A stretch of 53,941 nt of DNA from Candidatus Fraserbacteria bacterium (GCA_037446135.1 JBBIJD010000002.1:1-53941), one strand, 5' to 3'. Shown: positions 43,395-50,514, counted from the stretch's first letter. Numbers and translations are program-made. Notes: a model not told the origin generated them from the letters alone.

Positions 43395-43467
43395 GTCCCC
43401 ATCGTCTAGAGGTCTAGGACGCCGGCCCTTCAAGCCGGCAACAGGGGTTCGAATCCCCTTGGGGACG
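43395..43467 (+). tRNA. tRNA-Glu (anticodon TTC), CCA not encoded; anticodon loop reads CCTTCAA (C at position 33)
   Basis: GTCCCCA TC GTCT AGAGGTCTA GGAC G CCGGC CCTTCAA GCCGG CAAC AGGGG TTCGAAT CCCCT TGGGGAC G. The architecture parallels canonical bacterial tRNA-Glu. Confidence 0.85.
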
Positions 43468-43474
43468 GAAAGAG

Positions 43475-43521
43475 AGAGGCCTCCAGAGAGCTGATGAAGC
43501 CCTCTAGAGGCCTCTTTCTTT
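43475..43521 (+). terminator. Inverted-repeat terminator region after the tRNA cluster; shared with the convergent protease gene
   Basis: AGAGGCCTC (43475-43483) pairs with GAGGCCTCT (43507-43515), followed by TTTCTTT. The protease stop codon is at 43520-43522. Confidence 0.5.
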
Positions 43522-46348
43522 ACGGCACTACCTTGAAGCTGACTGCAGCGGTCAGGACCTTACCCGAGCGGGTATAGGCTACTAGCACTGCTGTCTCCAC
43601 TCCCGTTGGGCCGACGACCGTGGCAGTGAAGCTCCGGCTCGCTCCGGCCGGGACCCAGCCTAAGCCATAGCGCTTGAGCACGCCGGTCGGCTCGAAGTCG
43701 TAGATCACCACCGAGGCATCCTGGGTCACGGAGTAAGTGAAGGTGATCCGTTCCCCGGGCCGATAGCTCCCGCCGCTCCCGCGGTCGATGGTCAGGCTCA
43801 CGCTCGCCCCGGGCTGGCCGATGACAAAGCTGCAGGCAGCGGTCATGACCTTCCCCGAGCTGGTCCGGGCAGAGAGGACTAAGGTTTCGATCCCCGCCGG
43901 GCCGACGACCTGGCCGGTGAAGCTCCCTGACTGGCCGGCGGCCAGGCTCCGCTGGAGAAGTTGCACGAACTGCCCGGCGGTGGTGAAGTCGAAGAGCTTC
44001 ACCGTCGCCGACTCGCTCACGGAGAAGGAGACCGTGATCCTCTCCCCAGGCTGATAAGTCGCGCCGCAGCCGCGGTCGATCGCGAGAGTCGCGATAGGCA
44101 GGCTCCCCGGCGGTGGCGGAGGCGGGACCGAGCCAGACCGGACTTGAACGGTTCTGGTGGTGGAACCACTCAGCCCGCCATTATCGGTGACCGTGAGGAT
44201 GACATTGTAGGAGCCTGCGACGGGGAAGGCGTAGCTTACGGTCGGGCCGCTCGCGTCGGCTCGCCCGTCGGAGTTGAAGTCCCAGGAATAGATTGTGATC
44301 CGCCCATCGGGGTCGTAGGAGCCGGTCCCATCGAAGGTCACTGGCTGGCCGACGAGAGGGCTGCTCGGGCTGTAGGTGAAGCTTGCGACCGGCGGCCGGT
44401 TGGTCGGTGGAGGCGGGGGCTGAGAGGCGGCCGTCACCCGGAGCTGGAAGGTGTTGTTCGCCTCATTTGCCTCCGCGACCTGGCCTGTGGGGTCGACGGT
44501 GAAGGTGTAGGTCTCGCTGGCCAGGGTGATCTGGCGCATGAAGCTCGCGGTGGCCGTCGCACCAGCGCTGAGGCCGCTGAGGCTCTGGCTGGTCCTCCCC
44601 AGGCTATCCCGGAGCTCGAGGTCGAAGTTCGAGGCCGGGCCGCTCCCCTGGTTCTGGACCCGGACAGTGAAGGTGAGCTGGCTCCCGATCGTCGGATTCT
44701 GGGGGGAGTAATCGACCCCAGCGATGACCAAGTCCGGGCGCTGGATGACTTGAGGGACCAGATTGAGCCGCCCTGCACCGTAAATCAAGGGGGAGCCCAT
44801 CGCGATCGCTTGGGACCTGAGCCGGGACTCGATCTGCCCGGCATTTAACGAGGGGCTCTCCGAGATGAGGAGGGCCGCCGCACCGGCCACATGTGGCGCG
44901 GCCGCTGAGGTCCCCATGAAGCGCCCCAGCGTTGAGGTTGTGACCTGATCCGGGCCGCTGATGTCGGGTTTGCTCCGGCCATCGCTGGTCGGCCCCTGGG
45001 AGCTATAGGGCTCGGCTGGGCCGGTCGTCCAATTCGCATAGTGGATCGCGCCGACCGCGATCACGGAGGCCGAATCGGCCGGGGCGACGATGCTCCCTTG
45101 GGGGATGGGATATTCGAGATCATGGCTCAGGCTGAAGAGGGCCAGCTCTTTCGGCGAGCTGACGCGGTAGGCCTTGACCCTGATCTTGTAGGTCCCAGAG
45201 CTTGGGGCGCGGTAAATGAGCTGCTCGATCGGCTGCTCTGTCCCTGTCTGGAGTCGGTCGGAGAGGGCCACCTGCCTCCCGGAGCTATCGAAGAGGTAGA
45301 GGTCATAGTCCTGAGCCGAGGCGGGCCAGTCGTTCCAGGTCAAGTAGAGCTGGATCGAGTCTCCGCCACGGACCTGGATGTCCAGGTCCTCGTCGCTCCC
45401 GGAGAACTCGCCCCAGCCGTCGCGGTCGTTATCCGCGAGGAAGCCCTTCCAGTGCTTCTGGGCATAGTTCCCCGCGGCATTGACCCAGAGGATCCCATGA
45501 GCCCGAGCATCGGCGGCGATCTCCGCGACTTTCCCCTGGCCGTTATAGAAGTTAGTGTTGAGCCAGCCGATGGAGTGGTTTATCACCCTTATCCCGTAGC
45601 GGATACAGTCGTCTTTCGCTTGCTCGAGGTCGACCTCATCGGCGATCTTCATAAGATAGAGCTCGGCCTCGGGGGCCATATCGTAGATAATCTCGGCCAC
45701 GGCCGTCCCGTGGCTCGTCCCCGACTCCAGCCCAGTCCCGGTGTAATCGATCTTCTGGACCGTGGCGGGGAGCTCGCCCCGAGCCTGGGCGGCCGAGAGC
45801 CCGGCGAAGCCGAGGTCGATCACCGCGATCTTGACCCCTCTGCCGCGGAAGCCACTGGCATGGTAAGCCGCTGCGCCCGTTAGGGCGATCCCCTCAGTCA
45901 CGGCTAGGGCCTGGGGGATCGCCGGTGGGCGGATGAAAGCGATGCCCGTGTGCTGGAGGATCAGATCGACGATGGTCAAGACCGCGGGGTTTAGGGGGAG
46001 CCTCACTTTGACGAAGCTCTGGGAGCTAGCGACGACTAGCCCGGGGGCGACCTGACCGACAGTGGCCACGACTGCTTGGGCCAGCGGGCCGCGGAACTGC
46101 GGGGCCAGCTCTAAGACGACCATGATCGAATTCCCCTGGGCCGGGACACCGGCCCGCCCGGCCGTCTCCATCGCCGAGACGCTCTGCCCCGTCGCGGCGG
46201 CCTGGAGGATCTGCTCCAGGATGCTATCGATCTTCGAGTTATGCTTCTCCGGCTTGCCTCCCCCCGCAGGAAAGGCTACACTGCAGAAAGTGAGGAGGGC
46301 TAGGAGGAGCAGGACGAACGGTAAGCGGAAGATTCTCTTTAAGCTCAT
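43520..46348 (-). CDS. Secreted S8 subtilisin-family serine protease with CARDB-like, PKD and two DUF4384-like C-terminal domains
   Basis: ORF 43520..46378. The likely start is ATG 46346-46348 (MSLKRIFRLPFVLLLLALL) after GGAGGAGGG. Catalytic triad contexts IAVIDLGFAG, SHGTAVAEI, GTSAAAPHVAGAAALL. CARDB-like PDLVIAGVDYSPQNP...ANEANN. PKD PPVASFTYSP...YDPDG...WDFNSDG...LTVTDNGG. Two ~95-aa repeats (IDRGCGATYQPGERITVSF..., IDRGSGGSYRPGERITFTY...). Confidence 0.9.
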   Translation of the reverse strand: MSLKRIFRLPFVLLLLALLTFCSVAFPAGGGKPEKHNSKIDSILEQILQAAATGQSVSAMETAGRAGVPAQGNSIMVVLELAPQFRGPLAQAVVATVGQVAPGLVVASSQSFVKVRLPLNPAVLTIVDLILQHTGIAFIRPPAIPQALAVTEGIALTGAAAYHASGFRGRGVKIAVIDLGFAGLSAAQARGELPATVQKIDYTGTGLESGTSHGTAVAEIIYDMAPEAELYLMKIADEVDLEQAKDDCIRYGIRVINHSIGWLNTNFYNGQGKVAEIAADARAHGILWVNAAGNYAQKHWKGFLADNDRDGWGEFSGSDEDLDIQVRGGDSIQLYLTWNDWPASAQDYDLYLFDSSGRQVALSDRLQTGTEQPIEQLIYRAPSSGTYKIRVKAYRVSSPKELALFSLSHDLEYPIPQGSIVAPADSASVIAVGAIHYANWTTGPAEPYSSQGPTSDGRSKPDISGPDQVTTSTLGRFMGTSAAAPHVAGAAALLISESPSLNAGQIESRLRSQAIAMGSPLIYGAGRLNLVPQVIQRPDLVIAGVDYSPQNPTIGSQLTFTVRVQNQGSGPASNFDLELRDSLGRTSQSLSGLSAGATATASFMRQITLASETYTFTVDPTGQVAEANEANNTFQLRVTAASQPPPPPTNRPPVASFTYSPSSPLVGQPVTFDGTGSYDPDGRITIYSWDFNSDGRADASGPTVSYAFPVAGSYNVILTVTDNGGLSGSTTRTVQVRSGSVPPPPPPGSLPIATLAIDRGCGATYQPGERITVSFSVSESATVKLFDFTTAGQFVQLLQRSLAAGQSGSFTGQVVGPAGIETLVLSARTSSGKVMTAACSFVIGQPGASVSLTIDRGSGGSYRPGERITFTYSVTQDASVVIYDFEPTGVLKRYGLGWVPAGASRSFTATVVGPTGVETAVLVAYTRSGKVLTAAVSFKVVP

Positions 46349-46349
46349 C

Positions 46350-47147
46350 CTACCCTCCTCCTGCTTCATGCGGCTCATACGGGAGCCGGACGAGCTTCAC
46401 CGCCGGGTCCGCGGCCAGCCGCACAAGCTCGCTCACCGGGACTTGAGCCCGGAGTAGTTCTTGAGTGCGGGCCTCGACCAGGAGATAGTAGCCTTGGGGC
46501 AGATTCGCGGGCGAGGCGAGCTCGATGATCACCCTGATTCGCAGGCCAAGGAGCGAGAAGCCCCGTTCCCGGGCGAATTCATGCCAGTCAGGGGAAAGGG
46601 TCAGGGCATAGAGGAGCGAGTCGAGTCGGACCCCCGCCGGCGGCTGAGGCTTCTCCTGAGGGAGAAGCTCCGTGAACTCCAGTGAAGCCGTTTGCACGAT
46701 CCCCAGCTTCTGGAGCCAGCTCTGGGCCTCCTCTTCCATGGCCTCCGGGCTCATCTCGCGCTTCGGGCCGAAGATCACCTCGTAGGCCCTGAGAGCTTCG
46801 GCCGCGGGCCGGACGACCATTCGGTAGTCAGCCTCGTCCAGCCGGACGAGGAAGAGCCCGCTATCGAGGTAGAGCTGAGGGAAGCCGAAGAAGCTCGCCT
46901 CGTTGGCCGGGATGCAGCCGGTGCAAAGCTCGCTCCCGTGAAGGTAGGCCACATTCAGCCCCTCCTGGACCCTGATCCAGAAGTTGAGCCCTTGGGCCCG
47001 CGCGGCGAGCGTGGCGATATCCGGCTGGGCCAGTGGGAGAGTCGCCTTATAGAAGGCGGCCTGTCCGATCCGGGCCTCCCCGCCGATCCCGCCTATCAAG
47101 ACCAGGGAGAGGCAGATTAACATCACTGAGAGCAGCAAAATTCTCAT
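46350..47147 (-). CDS. Secreted hypothetical protein with a subtilase-propeptide-like C-terminal module
   Basis: ORF 46350..47147. Signal or anchor MRILLLSVMLICLSLVLIGG, SD AAGGAGGGAAAG. Its stop lies 1 nt from the protease start. The C-terminus IRVIIELASPANLPQGYYLLVEARTQELLRAQVPVSELVRLAADPAVKLVRLP resembles N-terminal pro-regions of subtilases. Confidence 0.6.
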   Translation of the reverse strand: MRILLLSVMLICLSLVLIGGIGGEARIGQAAFYKATLPLAQPDIATLAARAQGLNFWIRVQEGLNVAYLHGSELCTGCIPANEASFFGFPQLYLDSGLFLVRLDEADYRMVVRPAAEALRAYEVIFGPKREMSPEAMEEEAQSWLQKLGIVQTASLEFTELLPQEKPQPPAGVRLDSLLYALTLSPDWHEFARERGFSLLGLRIRVIIELASPANLPQGYYLLVEARTQELLRAQVPVSELVRLAADPAVKLVRLPYEPHEAGGG

Positions 47148-47163
47148 TCTTTCCCTCCTTCAA

Positions 47164-47200
47164 GGCCTAGAGGGAGGCCTCTTCGGCCTCCCTCTAGGCC
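47164..47200 (-). other. Perfect 16-bp intercistronic hairpin (attenuator or mRNA stabiliser candidate)
   Basis: GGCCTAGAGGGAGGCC (47164-47179), loop TCTTC, GGCCTCCCTCTAGGCC (47185-47200). On the minus strand it is followed directly by the SD of the next gene, with only a 2-nt U run. Confidence 0.6.
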
Positions 47201-47210
47201 CCTAAACTAG

Positions 47211-48551
47211 CTAAGGTGTGAAGTTGAAGCAGACGATGAACCGGAAGCCGGGTTGATCGACCAAGACCCAGCAGAGCTGGGCACTGACCCAGGAGATGGC
47301 CCCCGAGGGGAAGTAGAGGACGAACGGGTTGGACGGTGGATTCCGCCACGAGGGGCCGATGTAGATGTTATCCGTCCGGAGATCGAGGTCCCCGTCGCCG
47401 TCCCAGTCGAGCAGCATCTTGAACTTGATCTTGGTGGCGTTACAAGAGAGAGTGATGAAGTAGTCGACCCTCCCGGTAGAGACGCTCCCGCTCAAGGTGA
47501 GCGTGGCCTGCGGAGTGGGGGTGGGGACGATCCCTAGCGGGGCGACCCCGCCGGAGATCTGATGGCGGACGCTCGTGAAGCATCCGTCGGTCTCCAGGTC
47601 GATCTGATACCCATGCTCCGTCCACCAAGTGTAACTCCCCTGGACGGAGATGTGAAGGATGTTCCCCGGCTCGATGGTGATGTAGAAGCCGGGGGCTGGC
47701 GCGGGCGGTGGCGGAGGCGCATATCCCTGGACCCAAATGGTCTGAGTGGTCGAGGAGCTGGCTCCGCCGTTATCGATCACCCTGAGGGTGACTGGCTTGC
47801 TCCCGGCAGTGTAGAAGGTATAAGTGGCGGTCCGGCCCCAGGCATCGACGATCCCGTTGCTGTCAAAGTCCCATTGGTAGGTGGTGATCCAGCCGTCAGG
47901 GTCATAGGAGCTCGAGGCATCGAAGAAGACCGGCTGGCCGACGAGCGGATAGTAAGGGTTCCAAGTGAAGCTCGCTACCGGCGGTTGATTCGTTGGTGGT
48001 GGCGGTGGGGGCGGTGGTGGCGGCGCATATCCGACCTGGAAGCTCGTCCAGGCGGTAGCAGTCTCCCCGACGGGGATGATCCCCTGGATCTGAGCCCCGA
48101 CCTGGCTCGGATCGGTCCCCAAGAGCGGGAAGGCCTCCCGAAAGCCCTGGACATCGAGGTCCAAGGGCTGGGTCGAGGCGATGATCTGGAGATATTCGGT
48201 CCCCAAAGGCGGGACGACTACAAACCGATAGGTCGGCTTATCCGGCAGGATATGCTCCCCTGCGCCGACATAGTTGTCCTGGGAGTAGCGATTCGGGAAG
48301 ATCAGCCTGGCATAGTTGGCAGCATCGATGTCGATGATGTAGATGTAAGCCGGCATGTTGACGGAGTAGTGGACAGTGATATACTCCCCAGGCTGATAGA
48401 CTGGCTTATCCACCCAGATGTTCACCTGGAGCTCGCTCGGGGTGGGGACGATCCCTAAGGGGCTCGTCCCTTGACCTTGAGCGGCTCCGCCTCCTCCGAT
48501 GAGGGCGAAAAGCCCTCCGATGAGCAGCAGAAGGATCAGGTTCCGTCTCAT
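47211..48551 (-). CDS. Secreted DUF4384-like / PKD-domain protein with a novel C-terminal region
   Basis: ORF 47211..48581. The likely start is ATG 48549-48551 (MRRNLILLLLIGGLFALIGG) after AGGAGGAGGG. DUF4384-like VDKPVYQPGEYITVHYSVN...YIYIIDID, a poly-Pro linker (10 Pro), and PKD PPVASFTWNP...YDPDG...WDFDSNG...LRVIDNGG. Confidence 0.7.
   Translation of the reverse strand: MRRNLILLLLIGGLFALIGGGGAAQGQGTSPLGIVPTPSELQVNIWVDKPVYQPGEYITVHYSVNMPAYIYIIDIDAANYARLIFPNRYSQDNYVGAGEHILPDKPTYRFVVVPPLGTEYLQIIASTQPLDLDVQGFREAFPLLGTDPSQVGAQIQGIIPVGETATAWTSFQVGYAPPPPPPPPPPTNQPPVASFTWNPYYPLVGQPVFFDASSSYDPDGWITTYQWDFDSNGIVDAWGRTATYTFYTAGSKPVTLRVIDNGGASSSTTQTIWVQGYAPPPPPAPAPGFYITIEPGNILHISVQGSYTWWTEHGYQIDLETDGCFTSVRHQISGGVAPLGIVPTPTPQATLTLSGSVSTGRVDYFITLSCNATKIKFKMLLDWDGDGDLDLRTDNIYIGPSWRNPPSNPFVLYFPSGAISWVSAQLCWVLVDQPGFRFIVCFNFTP
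47518..47536. repeat. 19-nt exact intragenic repeat (copy 1) encoding PLGIVPTP
   Basis: GGGGTGGGGACGATCCCTA occurs at 47518-47536 and again at 48439-48457. Confidence 0.9.
48439..48457. repeat. 19-nt exact intragenic repeat (copy 2) encoding PLGIVPTP
   Basis: The same 19-mer as at 47518-47536. Confidence 0.9.
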
Positions 48552-48577
48552 CTTAGTCCCTCCTCCTAATTTCAATT

Positions 48578-49336
48578 TCATCCCTTAGGCTTCAGCCTTA
48601 TGGCGATATTCTGCGCGATCCGACTCAACTCCTCCGGGGTAACGGCCGTAGAGACCCAAGCCACGAGCCCTTGCAGGAGGCTCCTATCCCGTTGGAGCCG
48701 GAGCATTACGGCCTGATAAACCGCGAGGGAGTCGACCGGATCGTTCCCGTTCCGGACATAATCTTCCAGAGCCCCGGCGACATCGGTGATCACCGCGCCC
48801 ACTAGCTCGAAGGAGAGCACGAGCGTGGCCTGTCCGACCCCGACGGGGAGCTGGAGCTCGACCCCGACCTTTAGGCCCTTGCTCTCTAAGAGCCCCTTCA
48901 CCTCCTCTAGAGTTGTCTTCCGTTCCTGGATCTCCGCCAGGATCTCCTCCATCGGCCTCCCCTTAGCCAGCCCTTCTTCGACCTTGCTGATGAGCATCTC
49001 CACTGGCACGCTCTTCATGAGCCCATCGGCGATCGTCAGGTAGACCTGCTCGCGCAACGCGATCGAGGCCCCGCTCCCATTGACTCGCACAAGGAAGGCC
49101 AGGGCCCGCTCCGGGGTAATCGCCCCTTCTTGGAAGCCCTTCTGGAAGGCTTGGATCAGGATGGCCTTCGTCTGGGCTGAGGCCTCAAGATAATGATTGA
49201 TATAGTCGTAGACATCCTGGGCCGTCACCTGCGCTTGGGTCTGCTCCACGGCCGCAACCGAGGTGGCCAGCAGGGGCAAGGGGGCGAGGAGATTGAGCAG
49301 CAGGGCAATACAGAGGATCTTCATCATCTCCTTCAC
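48578..49336 (-). CDS. Secreted all-helical hypothetical protein
   Basis: ORF 48578..49336 (GTG; an alternative ATG lies at 49327). Signal-like MMKILCIALLLNLLAPLPLLATSVAA. I recognised no motif. Confidence 0.5.
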   Translation of the reverse strand: MKEMMKILCIALLLNLLAPLPLLATSVAAVEQTQAQVTAQDVYDYINHYLEASAQTKAILIQAFQKGFQEGAITPERALAFLVRVNGSGASIALREQVYLTIADGLMKSVPVEMLISKVEEGLAKGRPMEEILAEIQERKTTLEEVKGLLESKGLKVGVELQLPVGVGQATLVLSFELVGAVITDVAGALEDYVRNGNDPVDSLAVYQAVMLRLQRDRSLLQGLVAWVSTAVTPEELSRIAQNIAIRLKPKG

Positions 49337-49345
49337 CTCGCTAGT

Positions 49346-49867
49346 CTAGACATAGATCACTGAGTTGTATTGATTCCCATAGGTCTTGACATACTCGTCC
49401 GCTCTTGGGTCTGGGACCCACTTCTTCCCGTCGATCTTGAAGGCATACTCATATCGACCGGGCTTCAGGTCGAGCCTGATCGTCCAGATCCCGTCCTTCC
49501 CCCGCTTGAGGGGCGTCTCGGTCCAGCCGTTGAAGTCCCCGGCAACGGTCACACTCTGGGCCTCAGGGTAGGCCACGACGAACCAGACCCCTTCTCCACC
49601 GCCGAGCGAGGGCCCACTGAGCCCCATCCCGAGGAAGAGGCCGATGATGAGGAAGGCCATGGCGGTCGTGGCCAGTGCGAGCGCGGGGCGCCGCTGCACC
49701 GGGACGAGGAGCGGCTCTAGGACCTTAGCCCAGCGGCCACGGCGGAGGGCCCGCTCCTCCAGGGCACCTATAACTCTCTCTTCGAGCCCCTCCAGTCGCT
49801 GGAGATGGCTCTCAACTCCTTGCTTCAGTCCCTCCCGAAGATAGCTCTCGAACTTCTCCTCATTCAT
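49346..49867 (-). CDS. Putative anti-sigma factor: short cytoplasmic helix, one TM segment, extracytoplasmic CBM48/AMPK-beta-like glycan-binding domain
   Basis: ORF 49346..50017. The likely start is ATG 49865-49867 (MNEEKFESYL), overlapping the sigma-factor stop by 8 nt (ATGAATGA). TM ALALATTAMAFLIIGLFLGMGL. C-terminus VAGDFNGWTETPLKRGKDGIWTIRLDLKPGRYEYAFKIDGKKWVPDP. Confidence 0.6.
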   Translation of the reverse strand: MNEEKFESYLREGLKQGVESHLQRLEGLEERVIGALEERALRRGRWAKVLEPLLVPVQRRPALALATTAMAFLIIGLFLGMGLSGPSLGGGEGVWFVVAYPEAQSVTVAGDFNGWTETPLKRGKDGIWTIRLDLKPGRYEYAFKIDGKKWVPDPRADEYVKTYGNQYNSVIYV

Positions 49868-50420
49868 AGCCTCGAACCCCCTTCCGTTCCAGGATCCGCT
49901 TGAGCTCGGCCTTACCCCGATGGAGATGGGTCTTGACCGTCCCTTCGGGTAGGCCGAGGACCTGGGCGATCTCTTGGTAGTCCAAGTCGCTATAGTATCG
50001 GAGGACGAGCGGGGCACGATACTTGAAGTCCAGTTCGCTTAGGGCCTCCTTGATCAGCCGCCCCCGCTCGGCCTCGACCGCGGCCAGGGCAGGATCGGCC
50101 CCCCCGGGGACCTGGGTCTCGTCTTCCAGCCTCCCGGTGAATCGTTCCTCCCGGAGCCGATTCTTGCAGATATTGCTCACGATGGTGAAGATCCAGGTGG
50201 AGAACTTCCGCCGCAGATCATACTTCCGGAGGTTCTCATAGGCCCGGATGAAGGCGTCCTGAGCGGCGTCCTCAGCGTCGGCTGGGTTCCCCAAGATCCC
50301 CAGGGCGATCCCGAATACCGCGCGTTTATAGCGTGTCACCATCTCTCCCCATGCTTCCAGGTCACCGGCCAGAGATTGTTGGAGCAACTCCAGCTCTTCC
50401 ATCTGGCTCTTCGCCGGCAT
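49860..50420 (-). CDS. ECF-type RNA polymerase sigma-70 family factor
   Basis: ORF 49860..50462. The likely start is ATG 50418-50420 with GGAGGTG SD. Region 2 (DAEDAAQDAFIRAY, FSTWIFTIVSNICKNRLR) and region 4 (LDYQEIAQVLGLPEGTVKTHLHRGK). Confidence 0.9.
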   Translation of the reverse strand: MPAKSQMEELELLQQSLAGDLEAWGEMVTRYKRAVFGIALGILGNPADAEDAAQDAFIRAYENLRKYDLRRKFSTWIFTIVSNICKNRLREERFTGRLEDETQVPGGADPALAAVEAERGRLIKEALSELDFKYRAPLVLRYYSDLDYQEIAQVLGLPEGTVKTHLHRGKAELKRILERKGVRGYE

Positions 50421-50476
50421 ATACACCTCCCCTCGCGGCAGGTTTCGCCCCCATCTTACCACCCCGCATGGGCGGG

Positions 50477-50505
50477 TTGCCCCATGTGGGCCTCTCCCGT
50501 ATATT
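50477..50505 (+). promoter_or_regulatory. Candidate promoter placing lspA-tmk as leaderless
   Basis: TTGCCC (50477-50482), 17 nt, TATATT (50500-50505). The ATG at 50515 follows a 9-nt gap, with no SD. Confidence 0.45.
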
Positions 50506-50514
50506 TTGGGCGAG

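Noticed and set aside
43475-47200. A possible REP-like repeat family. The hairpins at 43475-43515 (AGAGGCCTC...CCCTCTAGAGGCCTCT) and 47164-47200 (GGCCTAGAGGGAGGCC...) share a CCTCTAG(A)GGCC-like core. The hairpins at 9927 and 22342 share CATCCCCTCC.
   Set aside because: There are only two loosely similar copies of each, all in ordinary terminator or intercistronic positions. This is insufficient to call a dispersed repeat family without a genome-wide count.
50421-50476. A possible autoregulated ECF promoter upstream of the sigma gene (minus strand GGCAAC-17 nt-TAAGAT).
   Set aside because: The -35 only loosely resembles GGAAC, and the -10 is sigma-70-like rather than the CGT-type expected for ECF promoters. 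It cannot be distinguished from chance without transcription start site data or a motif shared with other cluster promoters.
42392-50500. A genomic island integrated at the tRNA cluster, covering the accessory-looking S8/ECF cluster next to the tRNA-Glu 3' end.
   Set aside because: There is no integrase, recombinase or transposase. I found no direct repeat of the tRNA 3' end at the far boundary (about 50420-50510), and composition and SD usage look like the rest of the window.
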